64,000 bases of DNA from Convolutriloba macropyga (taxonomy: Eukaryota): contig NC_134470.1 of NCBI RefSeq assembly GCF_964194025.1, positions 80,972,001-81,036,000 on the forward strand, written 5' to 3'. The notes under the pieces were generated by a model, which made no database searches, had not been told where the DNA came from, and saw nothing but the letters and a program-made list of their open reading frames with translations. Shown in pieces: positions 61,871-64,000 of the stretch (the first letter of the stretch is position 1; each line of letters starts with the position of its first letter). A program made the position numbers and the translations under genes.

Positions 61871-63092
61871 AAAAGTCAAATCAGTGAAACGAAGAAACGA
61901 TTAAGCAAAAATTTCGTAAGAGAACCAACAGACCCAGAGAAAAATTATAAACTTTGCTTGATCAAATTAAAACAAAAACTGAAAGCAAACACCAAATAAA
62001 AACAGCAAAACAAATTTCTGCAAAAAATTTAAAAAGGTTTAATCTAATCAAGGGAATCATTTAAAAAAAAATAAATCGTTAAAGGCCTTCTTTTAAAAAA
62101 TCATTAGACGCCTTTAGGCAATTTTCTAGAAAAAAAATTTAGGAAGCTCAATTAGGACTCAAAAATTTATCCCCAGATTGTACTAATCCATTCCAGAGTA
62201 ACAATTTGACCAGAACAACCTGTGCAAGAATCAAATTGTGGCTAATCCAACTATGGATACTCTTTTCAACGAGAAACAACGATGTAGTACTTTGTTTTCA
62301 ATTTCTCACAGAGTCTAAATGAATAAACAAAACGCCCTAACTTGGGAATTGAAGCCGCAAAATTTGGATCTAGATAGGTTAGAAAATAACTCTAAGAATC
62401 TTTCAACAGCTCAAGCCCGGCCTCAGGTGCTCTCACCATCGGCTGAGCTTTAATTGCCTGAGGCTTCTCAGACCTGTACACAGAGAGCATTTAAATTCAG
62501 AATCTGATCGCGATCACGCAGATTGGAAAGTAGTGAAAAGAAAAGCTCCCTAAAATTAGTCTACCTCAACAGAATAATAGGCTCAAAAATACAGCTGCAA
62601 ATTTTTGCGAGAAATTCAAAAATAGAAAATACAGATTCTTCGATTGTTTGTGGAAAATCCAGCAATGCTTCTGCGGCGATTTTTCTCAGCATCAAAAAAT
62701 TTAGCATTGGATCTTTCAATTATTTTTAAATTAACATTTCCACAGTCTTGCTATACTTGCATATAATGACTCTTCTAACCAAAAATTTCTATCGCAGCAT
62801 ATATAACCTCAGAATAGCTTTTAAAGACATTAAAGCTTTTAAAAACCATACAACACTATTACAATAAGATTTTAAAATAGATCAAGCATGAAGAAGTTAT
62901 AGAAATTTAGGCTGTCTTCACACCAGCTCTCACTATAAGCACAATAGTTCTGGACGAAATCACAAACAGAAGACGACCCATCATCTTTCACTTCCAAGGA
63001 ACAGCTGAAACCACGCACCCTCCGACCTGCTTCATAACAACGTCCTGGGTTCTCATCAATTTGTCCAATTCATACCATCAATCACGACGTCG

Positions 63093-63571
63093 TTATCTTC
63101 TTCTTAGCTTGCTTCTAGGAGACTCCGTCTTGGCATCAGACAATGCTGCTCTCGATGAACTGCCTAAAAATCCACCAGCTGACCCAGAAACATTAGAAGC
63201 TGCGGCAGTTGAAGAGATGGAATCGTGCGTCCGTTTCTGTGAGACGGTTGCAGACGACAACGTTGGCGATGACGACGAAGAGGAACTGCCTAGACTGGGT
63301 TCCACAACAAATGCCCCATCGTCGCCTTTCGAGGATGACGTTGAAGACCTAGGAGTTGCATTACTTCCAGATGACCTGTTCCGGTTGCTGGTTCCTGCGC
63401 TGGTTGAAGTTGTTGACAGTTCATTTTCGCTTTTAGCATTTAAAGCGGCAGCCGCTGACTGTTCCTTAATAGCGTTCACTTTTTCGTAGAGCAATCGGGA
63501 GAAATCTGCCGTTTCTGGCAAGGCGAATTCGCGCACCTCATTCTCCTTGCATTGAAATGGCAAATTATCGC
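63093..63571 (-). CDS. Probable terminal exon of an unidentified gene continuing beyond the window
   Basis: Acceptor TTGTTTCAG at 63572. GC-richer coding-like sequence GDNLPFQCKENEVREFALPETADFSRLLYEKV, then a Ser-rich tail ending RSKLRRR*. Confidence 0.6.
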
Positions 63572-63750
63572 CTGAAACAATTATTAGTACAGTTATACGA
63601 AAACAACCCCTCCACAACACTGGCTGATGATTGACTTTTCCGTGATCCTCACAGCTTAAATGAAGCAAGTAAAGAGCGTGACCTTGACAAGCGAATTTCC
63701 GTAACAGCAATGATAAAACTGACAACAATGACGACAACAAATTTAGAACA

Positions 63751-64000
63751 AACAAGGCTGCCCGATAATGTGCGGTCGCACATGATGTTCCGACCCGACC
63801 TCATCTACATTTTTGACTTAATTGTCAACCAAATGAAGAAATAACAAAAATATATGTTTGAGTTTAAAACAATTGTTACACAACCCATCTATTAATTGAA
63901 TTACATAATGCCATGCATTATTACAACGCCAATGAGATCAGAGCTTAGAGAGACTACGAGACAAAAAACAACCAAACAAAGCAAAAACGAAAATATCACG
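63751..64000 (-). mobile_element. HINE family A, 3' end
   Basis: The reverse complement closely matches 670-856, including the hairpin and CTTGTT terminus. Confidence 0.65.

Noticed and set aside
9003-63489. Plus-strand ORFs such as 9243-10998, 46499-48085, 58016-58522 and 63061-63489, and Pro-rich ORFs at 18025, 21019 and 42761
   Set aside because: They are antisense shadows of real exons or translations of G-rich repeats, with no independent motifs.
660-63960. Inverted repeats at both window ends suggesting one giant 63-kb element
   Set aside because: They are diverged 3' ends of dispersed HINE family A, which also occurs internally at 11480 and 60563.

Overview
AT-rich, intron-containing animal genomic DNA, not prokaryotic. 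Six host genes lie on the minus strand: a 3' terminal exon of an unidentified gene, prefoldin 4 (2 exons), separase (2 exons, about 1845 aa), DPCD (4 exons, one GC-AG intron), an EFCAB14-like type II membrane protein and COQ10 (2 exons). The space between and inside them is packed with mobile DNA. This includes a decayed Ty3/Gypsy element, a full-length degenerate BEL/Pao LTR element in DPCD intron 2, an intact-looking CR1/L2-group LINE, an older LINE fragment, MULE-type MITEs and two double-hairpin elements. It also includes at least six families of non-autonomous Helentron-like elements (HINE architecture) nested inside one another. Three signals stand out. (1) An unpaired TTTCAG splice acceptor sits 0-9 nt before the start ATG of four co-directional genes, suggesting spliced-leader trans-splicing. 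(2) The LINE ORF2 has no ATG ahead of its first endonuclease motif but can be fused in frame to the ORF1 start by a 772-nt GT-AG intron. (3) Helentron-like shells with the same termini carry either G-run or tRNA-like cassettes. All calls were made by eye without database searches, and repeat boundaries are approximate.
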